Part shown: piece by piece, positions 8,529-17,665 of the stretch
How the letters are laid out: each line of letters starts with the position of its first letter
How positions within the stretch are numbered: the first letter of the stretch is position 1
Source of the DNA: an uncultured virus (IMG/VR IMGVR_UViG_3300020247_000249)
Taxonomy: Duplodnaviria; Heunggongvirae; Uroviricota; Caudoviricetes
Reading direction: 5' to 3' (one strand)
Virus record (IMG/VR): IMGVR_UViG_3300020247_000249
Length of the DNA: 64,000 nucleotides
Notes under the pieces: model-generated
The model's database searches: none
Seen by the model: the letters and a program-made list of their open reading frames with translations, nothing else
What the model was told of the DNA's origin: nothing
Position numbers and translations under genes: made by a program

Positions 8529-8838
8529 TAGAAACCGAAAGCACGTAAATAAGCAATGGCAAAATAAAGGCCATCAAAATAAACCTAGAAAACAGTGGAC
8601 ACCTGATCCTGAAGGATTGGCTGTTACAGTGCGAGAAGGTGAAGATGTCAACAAGGCTCTCCGTAGATTAAAAAAGAAGATTGAACGTGATGGATTAATG
8701 CAAGAAATCCGTGAACGTGAATATTACACAAAACCTAGCGAAAAACGCAAAAAGGCCAAAGCGGCAGCAGTTGCACGTTGGCGTAGAAAAGAGCGTGAAT
8801 TAGAGCAAGGTACTCCCAAAAGAAAAAGAGGACATTAG
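8518..8838 (+). CDS. rpsU: Ribosomal protein bS21 with N-terminal extension
   Basis: VTVREGEDVNKALRRLKKK...EREYYTKPSEKRK. Confidence 0.92.
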   Translation: MAYDRNRKHVNKQWQNKGHQNKPRKQWTPDPEGLAVTVREGEDVNKALRRLKKKIERDGLMQEIREREYYTKPSEKRKKAKAAAVARWRRKERELEQGTPKRKRGH

Positions 8839-8851
8839 TCAACTTTACCGG

Positions 8852-8880
8852 TTGACAACGCCATAACTCTCTGCTATAAT
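8852..8880 (+). promoter_or_regulatory. Consensus sigma70 promoter
   Basis: TTGACA-N17-TATAAT with extended TG. Confidence 0.85.
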
Positions 8881-8915
8881 TATACAGTAAATTAACATAC
8901 ACACAAAGGCATAAA

Positions 8916-9500
8916 ATGAGAACAGATATAATGATCGACTTGGAAACACTTGATGTACTTCCAACTGCGACCGTACTAACAATTGGTGCAGTTAAGTTCG
9001 ATCCGTTCGGAGAAGATCAAGTACAAAAATCAGCAGAAAAGTTCTACGTAAAAGTTGACTTGGACAGTTGTGATGCACTCGGTCTTACAACATCAGAATC
9101 AACACTAGCATGGTGGGGTCAACAGAGTAAGGCCGCACAAGAAGAAGCATTCAGTACAGAAGGTAGAATACCTATCGCTGAAGCAATGAATGGACTATAC
9201 AAATTTTGTTGGGGTGCCCAACGTGTTTGGAGTCATGGTGCTAGTTTTGACGTAGTAATCTGTGAACACATATTTCAAAAACTAGAAAAGTTATGCCCTT
9301 GGAATTTTTGGCAAGTGCGAGATACGAGAACATTGTTTGACATTGGTATCAATCCTCACAGGCCACCAGTACTTGCACACCATGCACTTGAAGATGCATG
9401 GAATCAAGCAGTCGGTGTACAAAATGTTTTACGTACACTAAGATCAAGTTCAACCATCGATGGCAAGTTTATTCAGCCATACGCTAACATGAGAGGATAA
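8916..9500 (+). CDS. DEDDh 3'-5' exonuclease (Rv2179c/DexA-like)
   Basis: MIDLETL, SHGASFD, RDTRT, HHALEDA. Confidence 0.88.
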   Translation: MRTDIMIDLETLDVLPTATVLTIGAVKFDPFGEDQVQKSAEKFYVKVDLDSCDALGLTTSESTLAWWGQQSKAAQEEAFSTEGRIPIAEAMNGLYKFCWGAQRVWSHGASFDVVICEHIFQKLEKLCPWNFWQVRDTRTLFDIGINPHRPPVLAHHALEDAWNQAVGVQNVLRTLRSSSTIDGKFIQPYANMRG

Positions 9501-10553
9501 GTGTCAAATATGCGAATCGAACAAGACATTAAATTGGATTACAAAGACGTCCTTTTTAAGCCCAAGCGGTCAAAATTAGAAAGTCGAAGAAACGTCGATC
9601 TAAACAGAGAATTTAAATTTCACAATAGTGGCCAAACATGGACTGGCGTTCCTATTATGGCATCAAACATGGATGGGGTTGGTACCTTTTCTATGGCAAA
9701 AGCATTACAAGAACAAAACATGATTACTGTAATGCGTAAGCACTACACTATTGATGATTGGCAAAAGAATGCCAAAGGACTAAAATTAAAGAACCTTAGT
9801 GTTTGTACAGGAACAGGAGTTATATGGGATCCTGATGCACCAGACTTTGCTACTATGAAAGCAGTACTTGCGATGTATCCAGATATTCCATTTATTACTG
9901 TAGATGTTGCAAATGCATATCATGAAAACTACGGTGACTTTATTGAGAAACTTCGTGATCAGTATCCTGATAAAACTATTATCGCAGGTAATGTTATTAC
10001 AGGAGAAATGACAGAAGAACTTATCATTAGAGGTGCTGACATTATTAAATGCGGTATTGGTCCAGGAAGTGTTTGTACAACTAGATTGCAAACAGGTGTT
10101 GGTGTTCCGCAACTATCAGGCATTATTGAATGTGCTGATGCAGCCAACGGTATTGGTGGACACATTATTGCTGATGGCGGCTGTGTATATGCAGGAGATG
10201 TAGCAAAAGCATTTGGTGCTGGCGCACACTTTGTTATGCTAGGCGGTATGTTAGCAGGATATGACGAGTCCGAAGGCAAAGTAGTAGATGGAAAAATACA
10301 GTTTTACGGTATGAGTTCAGATGCTGCCATGGCTAAACACGGAAGCAGAAAAGACGGATATCGTGGTGCAGAAGGTAAGGTAGTACAACTACCGCATAGA
10401 GGACCAGTAGCACCGCAACTAATTGAAATTTTGGGTGGTGTACGTAGTGCATGTACATACATTGGCGCTAGACGTATTAAAGATATGCCAAAATGTACTA
10501 CCTTTGTACGTTGTACGCAACAAGTTAATCAGGTGTTTAGTTCATTTGGATAA
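9501..10553 (+). CDS. guaC: GMP reductase
   Basis: KLDYKDVLFKPKRS, SNMDGVG, GIGPGSVCTTR, YRGAEGK. Confidence 0.95.
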   Translation: MSNMRIEQDIKLDYKDVLFKPKRSKLESRRNVDLNREFKFHNSGQTWTGVPIMASNMDGVGTFSMAKALQEQNMITVMRKHYTIDDWQKNAKGLKLKNLSVCTGTGVIWDPDAPDFATMKAVLAMYPDIPFITVDVANAYHENYGDFIEKLRDQYPDKTIIAGNVITGEMTEELIIRGADIIKCGIGPGSVCTTRLQTGVGVPQLSGIIECADAANGIGGHIIADGGCVYAGDVAKAFGAGAHFVMLGGMLAGYDESEGKVVDGKIQFYGMSSDAAMAKHGSRKDGYRGAEGKVVQLPHRGPVAPQLIEILGGVRSACTYIGARRIKDMPKCTTFVRCTQQVNQVFSSFG

Positions 10554-10605
10554 TTTTTTATGCCCATTTTACCGGATTTATCATTTTTCAATGATAAATA
10601 AATGT

Positions 10606-10683
10606 GTACGAAAGACAGATTCTTTTGTGCAGAGTTGGTTGCCCATTAGGGAACCTAAATTAAATCTTGCTTATTAAAGGAGA
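10606..10683 (+). promoter_or_regulatory. ROSE-like RNA thermometer 5' UTR of the sHSP gene
   Basis: Three hairpins; the last, TCTT(G)CTT-ATTA-AAGGAGA, sequesters the SD with a bulged G in the UUGCU motif. Confidence 0.7.
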
Positions 10684-10689
10684 AAAACT

Positions 10690-11151
10690 ATGACAAGAAT
10701 AACAACTCTAGACTTACCCTCAATCCACAGACACTTTGTAGGCTTCGACAGAATGTTCGAAGATATGGACAGAATGTTTGAAAATTCTAAAGGATCAGGG
10801 TATCCCCCATACAACGTAGCACAGATCAACGATAATGAATACATGATTAGTATCGCTGTCGCTGGCTTTGGTATGGATAACTTGACAATTGAAAAGGATA
10901 AAGACGTCCTTAAGATTGAAGGAACTGCACCTAAAGGTGACGAAAAAGTAAACTACCTACACAAAGGTATCGGCGGAAGAAACTTCCGTAGAGAGTTTAC
11001 ACTTGCAGAACACGTAGATGTGAAAGATGCAAACCTTGAATTAGGTATGCTTAACATTCACTTAGTACGTGAAGTTCCAGAAGAGCTACAACCTAAGAAA
11101 ATTAAGATCAATGACGGTCTTACAATTGATGGTAAAGTAGCTGACAAGTAA
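10690..11151 (+). CDS. ibpA: Small heat shock protein (Hsp20, IbpA-like)
   Basis: FVGFDRMF, YPPYNV, IAVAGF, YLHKGIGGRNFRREF, GMLNIHL, PKKIKI. Confidence 0.95.
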   Translation: MTRITTLDLPSIHRHFVGFDRMFEDMDRMFENSKGSGYPPYNVAQINDNEYMISIAVAGFGMDNLTIEKDKDVLKIEGTAPKGDEKVNYLHKGIGGRNFRREFTLAEHVDVKDANLELGMLNIHLVREVPEELQPKKIKINDGLTIDGKVADK

Positions 11152-11161
11152 CAACTGTCTA

Positions 11162-11183
11162 GGGGGAGTGTAACAACTCCCCC
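11162..11183 (+). other. GC-rich intergenic hairpin (no U tract)
   Basis: GGGGGAGT-GTAACA-ACTCCCCC between hsp20 and clpS. Confidence 0.6.
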
Positions 11184-11187
11184 GATT

Positions 11188-11511
11188 ATGGAGAAAGTAA
11201 TGAGTACTAAAACAGACGCAGTCATTGACGAAAAAATAGATATTGATGTTTCAATACCTAAGATGTGGCATGTCCTTGTTATGAATGACGACTTTACACC
11301 AATGGAACTTGTTATTGACATTTTAAAGGCAGTGTTCAAACATGATGAAGAAAGTGCTAAAAAGAAAACTTTAGAAGTACACAACCATGGTGCAGCAGTT
11401 GTTGGTCAATACGTTTTTGAAATTGCCGAACAAAAAGCATTAGAAGCAACTAAGATTGCTAGGATAAATGGCTCGCCACTTAAACTCACCCTTGAGGAAC
11501 AGAGTGGATAA
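11188..11511 (+). CDS. clpS: Clp protease adaptor ClpS
   Basis: VLVMNDDFTPMELV, LEVHNHGAAVVG, EIAEQKA, PL. Confidence 0.93.
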   Translation: MEKVMSTKTDAVIDEKIDIDVSIPKMWHVLVMNDDFTPMELVIDILKAVFKHDEESAKKKTLEVHNHGAAVVGQYVFEIAEQKALEATKIARINGSPLKLTLEEQSG

Positions 11512-11548
11512 CTACTACTATAATATCAAAGTACAGGAGTAGTCACAG

Positions 11549-12097
11549 ATGAGCTTAAAAGAATTAACAAAAGAAAATCATACTAACGCAGAACGCCAAG
11601 AATTTGTAAAGGTTATGTTCTCTGGAAAAATTGATCCAGAGTTTTATGCTCTTTATTTGTGGAATCAATTTCCAGCCTATGAACTACTAGAGATAATGGC
11701 CCAACAACACGGCTTACTAGATGACGTACCTGAACTAATACGTTCAAAAAGAATTATGACTGACTTCTTAGAACTATGGAAAAAAGAAGACAGGCCACCT
11801 ACACTAAAAACTACTCACAAGTATGTAATGTATTTGAAAGAGATCATGAATGACCCTAATAGGTTAATGGCTCATGTTTATGTTAGACACATGGGAGACC
11901 TAAGCGGCGGACAGATGATTGCAAAACGTATACCAGGTAATGGTGAAATGTATAAGTTTGGAGATGTTGACATCAACGATTACAAAGATAAGATTAGAGC
12001 GAAGTGTAATGATAATATGGCAGACGAAGCAAAAGTTTGCTTTGACTTTGCTACTGAACTTTTCAAAGAGTTGATGGAGCATAAAGGTGACAGATAG
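11549..12097 (+). CDS. Heme oxygenase (biliverdin-producing)
   Basis: LKELTKENHTNAE, MAHVYVRHMGDLSGGQMI, EAKVCF. Confidence 0.93.
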   Translation: MSLKELTKENHTNAERQEFVKVMFSGKIDPEFYALYLWNQFPAYELLEIMAQQHGLLDDVPELIRSKRIMTDFLELWKKEDRPPTLKTTHKYVMYLKEIMNDPNRLMAHVYVRHMGDLSGGQMIAKRIPGNGEMYKFGDVDINDYKDKIRAKCNDNMADEAKVCFDFATELFKELMEHKGDR

Positions 12098-12785
12098 TGT
12101 TATATGGGACAGACTAATTGACTGTCAAAATGAGATTATCAAAATTTTTGATGACAAAGCAACAGAGTTCGAAGAGCCCGGACTTGATTACTTTAATAAA
12201 CCAGACGGTAGTTGGATTAACCGTGTTTGGCGTAACGACGATATTCGTAGGGCTCATATTGATGTTGTAGACGCTCGCGATACAAAAGGCCTTTGGATGA
12301 TGCATGTGTGCATTTTTCCAACATTAGATAACCCAGCACCTATTTACGGCTTTGATGTTATAGCAGGTAAGAAGAAAATGACTGGTGCATTTCATGATGT
12401 TAGTGCTAGTAGTGATCCTAATCATCCTATGATACAAGGTTACGCAGAAGCAGTAGAAGATTTTATTCCTAGCAAAAAACGTGAACTACCTGAATGGGCT
12501 CAGAACATTTTTAGTCCAAGCATGATTGCTGCCGGCAATGTAAGCACAGAAGAAGAAGCAGTTGCTATAATCGATCTTGCATTAGATAATTTACATACAT
12601 ATTTTGCTGAAGTAGGTCTTACTAAAGGTGAAGGCGATATTGCATTAGTACAAGCCTCACAAGATTATTACTGCCATAATCAGCAACAAAATCCACATAC
12701 TCCACGTACTATGAAGAGCCTAGGACTTAACGAAGCAGACGTAGACAAGTTTTGCACAGATATGTTATTTCCTAAACTTGGATAA
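12087..12785 (+). CDS. Ferredoxin-dependent bilin reductase (PcyA/PcyX-like)
   Basis: RRAHI, MMHVCIFP, PIYGFD, RELPEWAQNIFS, YCHNQQQNPHT; overlaps the heme oxygenase gene. Confidence 0.88.
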   Translation: MTDSVIWDRLIDCQNEIIKIFDDKATEFEEPGLDYFNKPDGSWINRVWRNDDIRRAHIDVVDARDTKGLWMMHVCIFPTLDNPAPIYGFDVIAGKKKMTGAFHDVSASSDPNHPMIQGYAEAVEDFIPSKKRELPEWAQNIFSPSMIAAGNVSTEEEAVAIIDLALDNLHTYFAEVGLTKGEGDIALVQASQDYYCHNQQQNPHTPRTMKSLGLNEADVDKFCTDMLFPKLG

Positions 12786-12793
12786 ATATTAGT

Positions 12794-13876
12794 ATGAGAG
12801 CATTTGAATTTTTACTTGAAGACGAAGAACCGGCAGAAAACCCAGACGTCGAGAATCTAAAGAAGGTCTTAGCATCTAAGATCAAGCAACTTCCTACTGA
12901 TCCTAAGACTATGGGATTACTACAGGAAATTGAAGAGCTATTAGCGAACATTGGTGCTGGTAGTAGAGTAGAAGTTGTAAAAGGTGCATTACAGCAAATT
13001 AATGATGCTGAAGTTAACAAAGCACAAAAGCTCTTAGCAAAGTATTTCTTAAGTTTAGAAGCAAGTCAAACAGATAAAAACGCACTACTAACTGCTTGGA
13101 AAAACGACAAACTAGTTAACATCAATAAACTTACTGAACCAGGTGCCCACACTATTGCAGATATTATTAACGGCTACGATTCTAATCCTGCTATTAAAGA
13201 AATGACAGATGACCTGTCAATGATTTCATTCTTAGGTCAAGGTAAGGGTGAATTCTTATTAAGTGTATTCAGTAAAAGTATTACTAAAGCAGGTAAAGGC
13301 GATTTATCAGTTGATGGTAAAATGGTTGAAGTTAAAACTAGAGAGGGTGGCGCAGGCCGCTTTATGGATCAACAGGTTAAACCTGGATCAGGATATCAAC
13401 AAGCAGCAAATAATTTTAAACAAGCATACAAAGACATTATTGATTCACAGAAATTAGAAACTGGAACAGGTATTAGTCTATCAAGTATTATTAGAATTGG
13501 TCAAAGTGTTGAGCCAAACATGAAGCCGAGCTTTCAAAACAATTTAAGAAATATATTAGATCAAATCTTTACTAACTTACCAGACGATTCATTGAAAGGA
13601 AAGTTTGTTGATAATGTAGTAGCAGGAAATGAAAAACCTGCTAAACAAATTTATGCAGTTATGGCATTGAACAACTACATTGAAGCAAAAGATGACGATG
13701 GTATTTTAATGATTGATCTTACTAAAAATCCATACGAATTTGTATACTTCACAGACAATGCTTCTCTTAATGCAGGTGGATTAAGATTACACATGTCAAC
13801 AGCATATCCGATAAGCGGCGAATTTAGAAATCTATATCCGCAAACGCATATTACTAGATCTTCAGGATCTGCTTAA
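12794..13876 (+). CDS. Hypothetical late protein with PD-(D/E)xK-like motif
   Basis: GKGEFLL...GDLSVDGKMVEVK; TAAATA-N5-ATG start. Confidence 0.6.
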   Translation: MRAFEFLLEDEEPAENPDVENLKKVLASKIKQLPTDPKTMGLLQEIEELLANIGAGSRVEVVKGALQQINDAEVNKAQKLLAKYFLSLEASQTDKNALLTAWKNDKLVNINKLTEPGAHTIADIINGYDSNPAIKEMTDDLSMISFLGQGKGEFLLSVFSKSITKAGKGDLSVDGKMVEVKTREGGAGRFMDQQVKPGSGYQQAANNFKQAYKDIIDSQKLETGTGISLSSIIRIGQSVEPNMKPSFQNNLRNILDQIFTNLPDDSLKGKFVDNVVAGNEKPAKQIYAVMALNNYIEAKDDDGILMIDLTKNPYEFVYFTDNASLNAGGLRLHMSTAYPISGEFRNLYPQTHITRSSGSA

Positions 13877-14115
13877 TCCTGCTCTAACTCATATTTCTTT
13901 ATTTTAGCAATTAGATTTGTTCGGCCTATGCCCAAATCTTTGGCTGCTCTTGATTTATTCCAATCGTGAAACTCTAAAACTTGTATAAGTTTAGTTTTTT
14001 CAAGTTCTGCTATTTCGTTAGGTAAGTTAATTACTAAATTGTGTTCTTTGCTACCTGGAAATGTCTCTTCTAGTAGCTCCCACATCGCGTCCTGTTCAGT
14101 AAGTTCCTTGCTCAT
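13873..14115 (-). CDS. Stand-alone Fis-family (HTH_8) DNA-binding protein
   Basis: ELEKTKLIQVL...WNKSRAAKDLGIGRTNLIAKIKKY; start reassigned to MSKEL after AAGGGA SD. Confidence 0.85.
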   Translation of the reverse strand: MSKELTEQDAMWELLEETFPGSKEHNLVINLPNEIAELEKTKLIQVLEFHDWNKSRAAKDLGIGRTNLIAKIKKYELEQD

Positions 14116-14197
14116 AAATGTTCCCTTCTCAGTGCTTATGATATTGTATTTATAACGTAGCGTTAACATTGGAAAACTTGGCATTTTTCAATAGCTA

Positions 14198-14215
14198 GTG
14201 TAAAAATTTTTACAC
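14198..14215. promoter_or_regulatory. Perfect 18-bp palindrome (TGT-N10-ACA), candidate operator
   Basis: GTGTAAAAATTTTTACAC between the divergent HTH gene and csgF. Confidence 0.65.
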
Positions 14216-14298
14216 CTGATTGATAAATATGTACGTAGATGTTGCCTAGACTATAACTTAATAAATAGTGTTGACGCGACAACTACTAGGAGCGATCT

Positions 14299-14754
14299 AT
14301 GAAAAATGTAATTTCTACAGCTATCATTCTGGGTTTACTGGCTACAGCACCTGCCCTTGCAGGCGATGAAGTCTTTAAATTTAAGAATCCATCATTTTCA
14401 GGTCAAGGGTACTCCAGCCATGTCTTGAGTATTGAACAATTACAGTTCACTCGTAAAAAAGATATTGAGGACAAGGCTGAATCAGATGCTGCGAGAGCAA
14501 AGCGTGAAGCAGAGTCTACTAACTTAGCGAAGTTTCTTAACAACGTTGAGAGTAGAATCTATGCGCAACTTTCTAAGCAATTGGTCGACGGTATGTTCGA
14601 TGATACTGGTGCTAACAGTGGCACAGCTGAAATCGAAGGTGCTATAATATACTGGGTAAAAGATACTACCACAGATACTATTAGCATCACCATTACAGAA
14701 GAAGATGGAACCGTTACGACAATTACTGTACCGTTGACAGGATTTGGATTTTAA
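14299..14754 (+). CDS. csgF: Curli assembly protein CsgF-like
   Basis: Signal peptide then FKFKNPSFSG; ESRIYAQLS; immediately upstream of csgG. Confidence 0.85.
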   Translation: MKNVISTAIILGLLATAPALAGDEVFKFKNPSFSGQGYSSHVLSIEQLQFTRKKDIEDKAESDAARAKREAESTNLAKFLNNVESRIYAQLSKQLVDGMFDDTGANSGTAEIEGAIIYWVKDTTTDTISITITEEDGTVTTITVPLTGFGF

Positions 14755-15788
14755 TGACAGGATTGAAAAAGCTAATTAGAAGTTTGTTATTTGTGGTCCT
14801 GGCTATAGCAATAACAGGTTGCGCGGCCACCTATACAAAGAAGGATTGGACACCACCCGTGAAAGCGGAAAGTCCATACCAAAGTGTATTGGAGACCGTG
14901 CCAGCTATCGATGGACCAAAAATAACAATTGCAATTTACAGTTTTCTAGACAAAACAGGGCAACGTAAGCCTAATGACAGTTTTAGTCAGCTCAGTAGTG
15001 CGGTTACTCAAGGTGCTGAGGTTTGGGTTATAAATGCTCTGAAAGAAGTGGGTGGAGGAAAGTGGTTCCAAGTTGTGGAACGAGTAGGCTTAGATAATCT
15101 AGTTAAAGAAAGACAGTTAATTAGATCAACTAGAGAAGTTTACGAAAACGATCCGACTGATTTAAAACCACTGCTCTTTGCGGGGCTGATATTAGAAGGT
15201 GGAGTTGTTGGCTACGATTCTAATATGGAGAGTGGGGGTGTTGGTGCTAGATATTTTGGCATTGGCGGTCAGACATCTTATAGAACAGACCAAGTTACTG
15301 TGGCGATGCGCATTATCAGTACACAAACAGGAGAAGTACTCCTAAGCGTGGCAACTGAAAAGAAAATTGCAAGTTATAGTAGCGGAGGCGATGTATTTCG
15401 TTTCTTAGATTTAGGCACTAAGGCACTTGAAATTGAAGTAGGCGCAGCAGTAAATGAGCCAACCAACTATGCAGTTCGTACAGCAATTGAAGCAGCAATA
15501 GTTGAGTTGATAATGAAAGGTGAAGAGAAGAAACTTTGGAAGTTCGTGAGGGAAGATGAACTAGAGAGTATGCCTATACCGGAGTCGCGTCCGACTATAC
15601 ACCAGAGACATGATGCTATTATTAAATTACCAGAAGATGAATTTATTAAGCAGTATCCAGGTGTAACAGGTTACTATTGTGACGCAGACAACATGTGTTG
15701 GCATAACGATCCATTAATTAAAAAGTTGGCTGATGAAATAGACGGTCAAGGGAGCGATAATGAAGATAAAGACAATAGTAGCAAGTAG
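14754..15788 (+). CDS. csgG: Curli secretion channel CsgG/HfaB family lipoprotein
   Basis: Lipobox ITGC; YSFLDKTGQRKP, SAVTQG, WFQVVERVGLDNLVKERQLIR, EGGVVGYD. Confidence 0.93.
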   Translation: MTGLKKLIRSLLFVVLAIAITGCAATYTKKDWTPPVKAESPYQSVLETVPAIDGPKITIAIYSFLDKTGQRKPNDSFSQLSSAVTQGAEVWVINALKEVGGGKWFQVVERVGLDNLVKERQLIRSTREVYENDPTDLKPLLFAGLILEGGVVGYDSNMESGGVGARYFGIGGQTSYRTDQVTVAMRIISTQTGEVLLSVATEKKIASYSSGGDVFRFLDLGTKALEIEVGAAVNEPTNYAVRTAIEAAIVELIMKGEEKKLWKFVREDELESMPIPESRPTIHQRHDAIIKLPEDEFIKQYPGVTGYYCDADNMCWHNDPLIKKLADEIDGQGSDNEDKDNSSK

Positions 15789-16527
15789 TCTTTTTATATT
15801 AAGTTTAGGGCTGATATTCCCAGCGTATGCGAATGACATATACATACAGCAGTCTGGTAATGACTTAGACTTAGATATAACACAAGACGGAACAAATAAC
15901 GTATTAGGTAATAATACAACAGGAGTTACGTTACAAGGTAATGACATGACGTTTTCTGTAGTACAAACAGGTGACTCTAACATCATTGAAACTACCATTA
16001 AAGGTAATACCTATACCGGTAACATTAACTTAACTGGTGATAGCAGTACAGTTGACTTAGACTGTGATGCAGGTGGAGCAGGTAACTGTGAAACAGTATC
16101 ATTAAGCATTGATGCAGTAGGTGATTCATTTGACATTACAGCAACAATTGGCGGATCAGGAGATGCACAGAACTTTGTGGGTACAATTGATCTAGATAAC
16201 AATGGTAATGCAGATACTCTAACTTTTACACTTAATGCTAAAAATGCTGATTTAAACTTTGACATGGGTAACGATGGCTCAACAGCACTAACAGGTGTTG
16301 GCGCTGGCGGTACTACATCATCAAGTTCATCAGTTGAAAGTGGTGTTGCTAACACAGTTGCAATTACACAATCAGGCGCTGGCGATGCTAACGGTCACAG
16401 TATGACAGTTGATATGAAAGGTGGTGGTTCGATTGCGAACATTACACAAACAGGTGTTGAAGATAAAGTGTTGAGTCTTACTACTGTAGGAAACGATGCT
16501 AAAATAGATATTACGCAAACGGATTAA
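15760..16527 (+). CDS. Secreted curlin-like repeat protein
   Basis: Signal peptide; IYIQQSG, ITQDGTNN, VQTGDSN repeats; G/N/D/T-rich. Confidence 0.75.
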   Translation: MKIKTIVASSLFILSLGLIFPAYANDIYIQQSGNDLDLDITQDGTNNVLGNNTTGVTLQGNDMTFSVVQTGDSNIIETTIKGNTYTGNINLTGDSSTVDLDCDAGGAGNCETVSLSIDAVGDSFDITATIGGSGDAQNFVGTIDLDNNGNADTLTFTLNAKNADLNFDMGNDGSTALTGVGAGGTTSSSSSVESGVANTVAITQSGAGDANGHSMTVDMKGGGSIANITQTGVEDKVLSLTTVGNDAKIDITQTD

Positions 16528-16531
16528 CTAT

Positions 16532-17665
16532 ATGATCCGGCTGCTGGACAAAATGCTGCTCCGTGCAGGTATGATGGTTTGTCTAACTATCACCGTACCC
16601 GCGATGGCAAATGTTGCTTCTATCGGAAACGTAACCCAGCAGGTTGGTAATACTATTATCGAAAGACAAGCAGGAGAAAAACTAACTTCTGAAAAAGGTA
16701 GTACTATAGTAAGTTACGATACCGTTCGTACAGGTCAGGGTAAAACTGCTATAGAATTTGTGGATGAAACTAGAGTTGATGTAACACAAAACAGTAAACT
16801 AGTTATTGATGAATTTGTATATGATCCTAATACTTCAAAAGGTAAACTTGCCCTCAAAGCATCTTTTGGAACTATTAGATATGCATCAGGACAGATTGCA
16901 AAGAACAGTAGGCAAGATATAAAAATCACTACACCAACCGCTACTATTGGTGTACGCGGTACTGACTTTACAATGACTGTTGATGAAACAGGAAGTTCAA
17001 CAATTATTCTTTTACCAAGTTGTTCGGCAGTAGGAACAAAGCGTATCTGTGTTGTAGGAGAAATATCAGTAGAATCAGATGCTGGTCAGGTTATTCTAAA
17101 CAAAGCATTTCAAGCAACAGTAGTAGATGTACCAGAGACAAGTCCTTTAGATCCTATTATAATTGACATCAATGAATCACTTATTGATAACCTGCTTATT
17201 ATCCGTAGGCCTAAAGAAGTCGAGTACGAGATAGAAAGAAAAAGAGCAGTAGAACTAGCAGACTTCTTAGGATTTGACTTCCTAGAGTACGACGGATTAG
17301 ATGTAAACCAACTTGATGAGGATCCGGAAATGTGGCAAACAGAATTAGATGCAAACTATTTGGATCAAAACTTCCTTGCTAATGTACTTGATCAACTTAA
17401 TCAAATGTTAGCAAAGGTACTAGGTGGACAACTATCTAAAACAAAAGCAAAAGAAATATACGGAAAAGATCCTGTTACAGGTATCGAGTTATACAATCAA
17501 AATCCTAACTGGGTGTTTAGACGTGATAGCGGAACAGGTATGCAAGTAGAATTAACATTAGATCAACAAAACGGATATAACATAAATTTACAACAATCAG
17601 ATTTTGAAACCAGAGACTACTCACTTGGAGATGGCAGTAATGATATTGACATTATTCAGAAATAG
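16532..17665 (+). CDS. FecR-domain periplasmic protein
   Basis: DTVRTG, SKLVIDEFVYDP, ITTPTATIGVRGTDF. Confidence 0.88.
   Translation: MIRLLDKMLLRAGMMVCLTITVPAMANVASIGNVTQQVGNTIIERQAGEKLTSEKGSTIVSYDTVRTGQGKTAIEFVDETRVDVTQNSKLVIDEFVYDPNTSKGKLALKASFGTIRYASGQIAKNSRQDIKITTPTATIGVRGTDFTMTVDETGSSTIILLPSCSAVGTKRICVVGEISVESDAGQVILNKAFQATVVDVPETSPLDPIIIDINESLIDNLLIIRRPKEVEYEIERKRAVELADFLGFDFLEYDGLDVNQLDEDPEMWQTELDANYLDQNFLANVLDQLNQMLAKVLGGQLSKTKAKEIYGKDPVTGIELYNQNPNWVFRRDSGTGMQVELTLDQQNGYNINLQQSDFETRDYSLGDGSNDIDIIQK

Noticed and set aside
10423..10677. Plus-strand 84-aa ORF spanning the guaC end
   Set aside because: Overlaps guaC and the structured hsp20 leader; no SD or recognisable motif.
14170..14197. 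sigma54 promoter next to the TGT-N10-ACA palindrome (TTGGCA at 14178-14183)
   Set aside because: No GC at the required -12 spacing.
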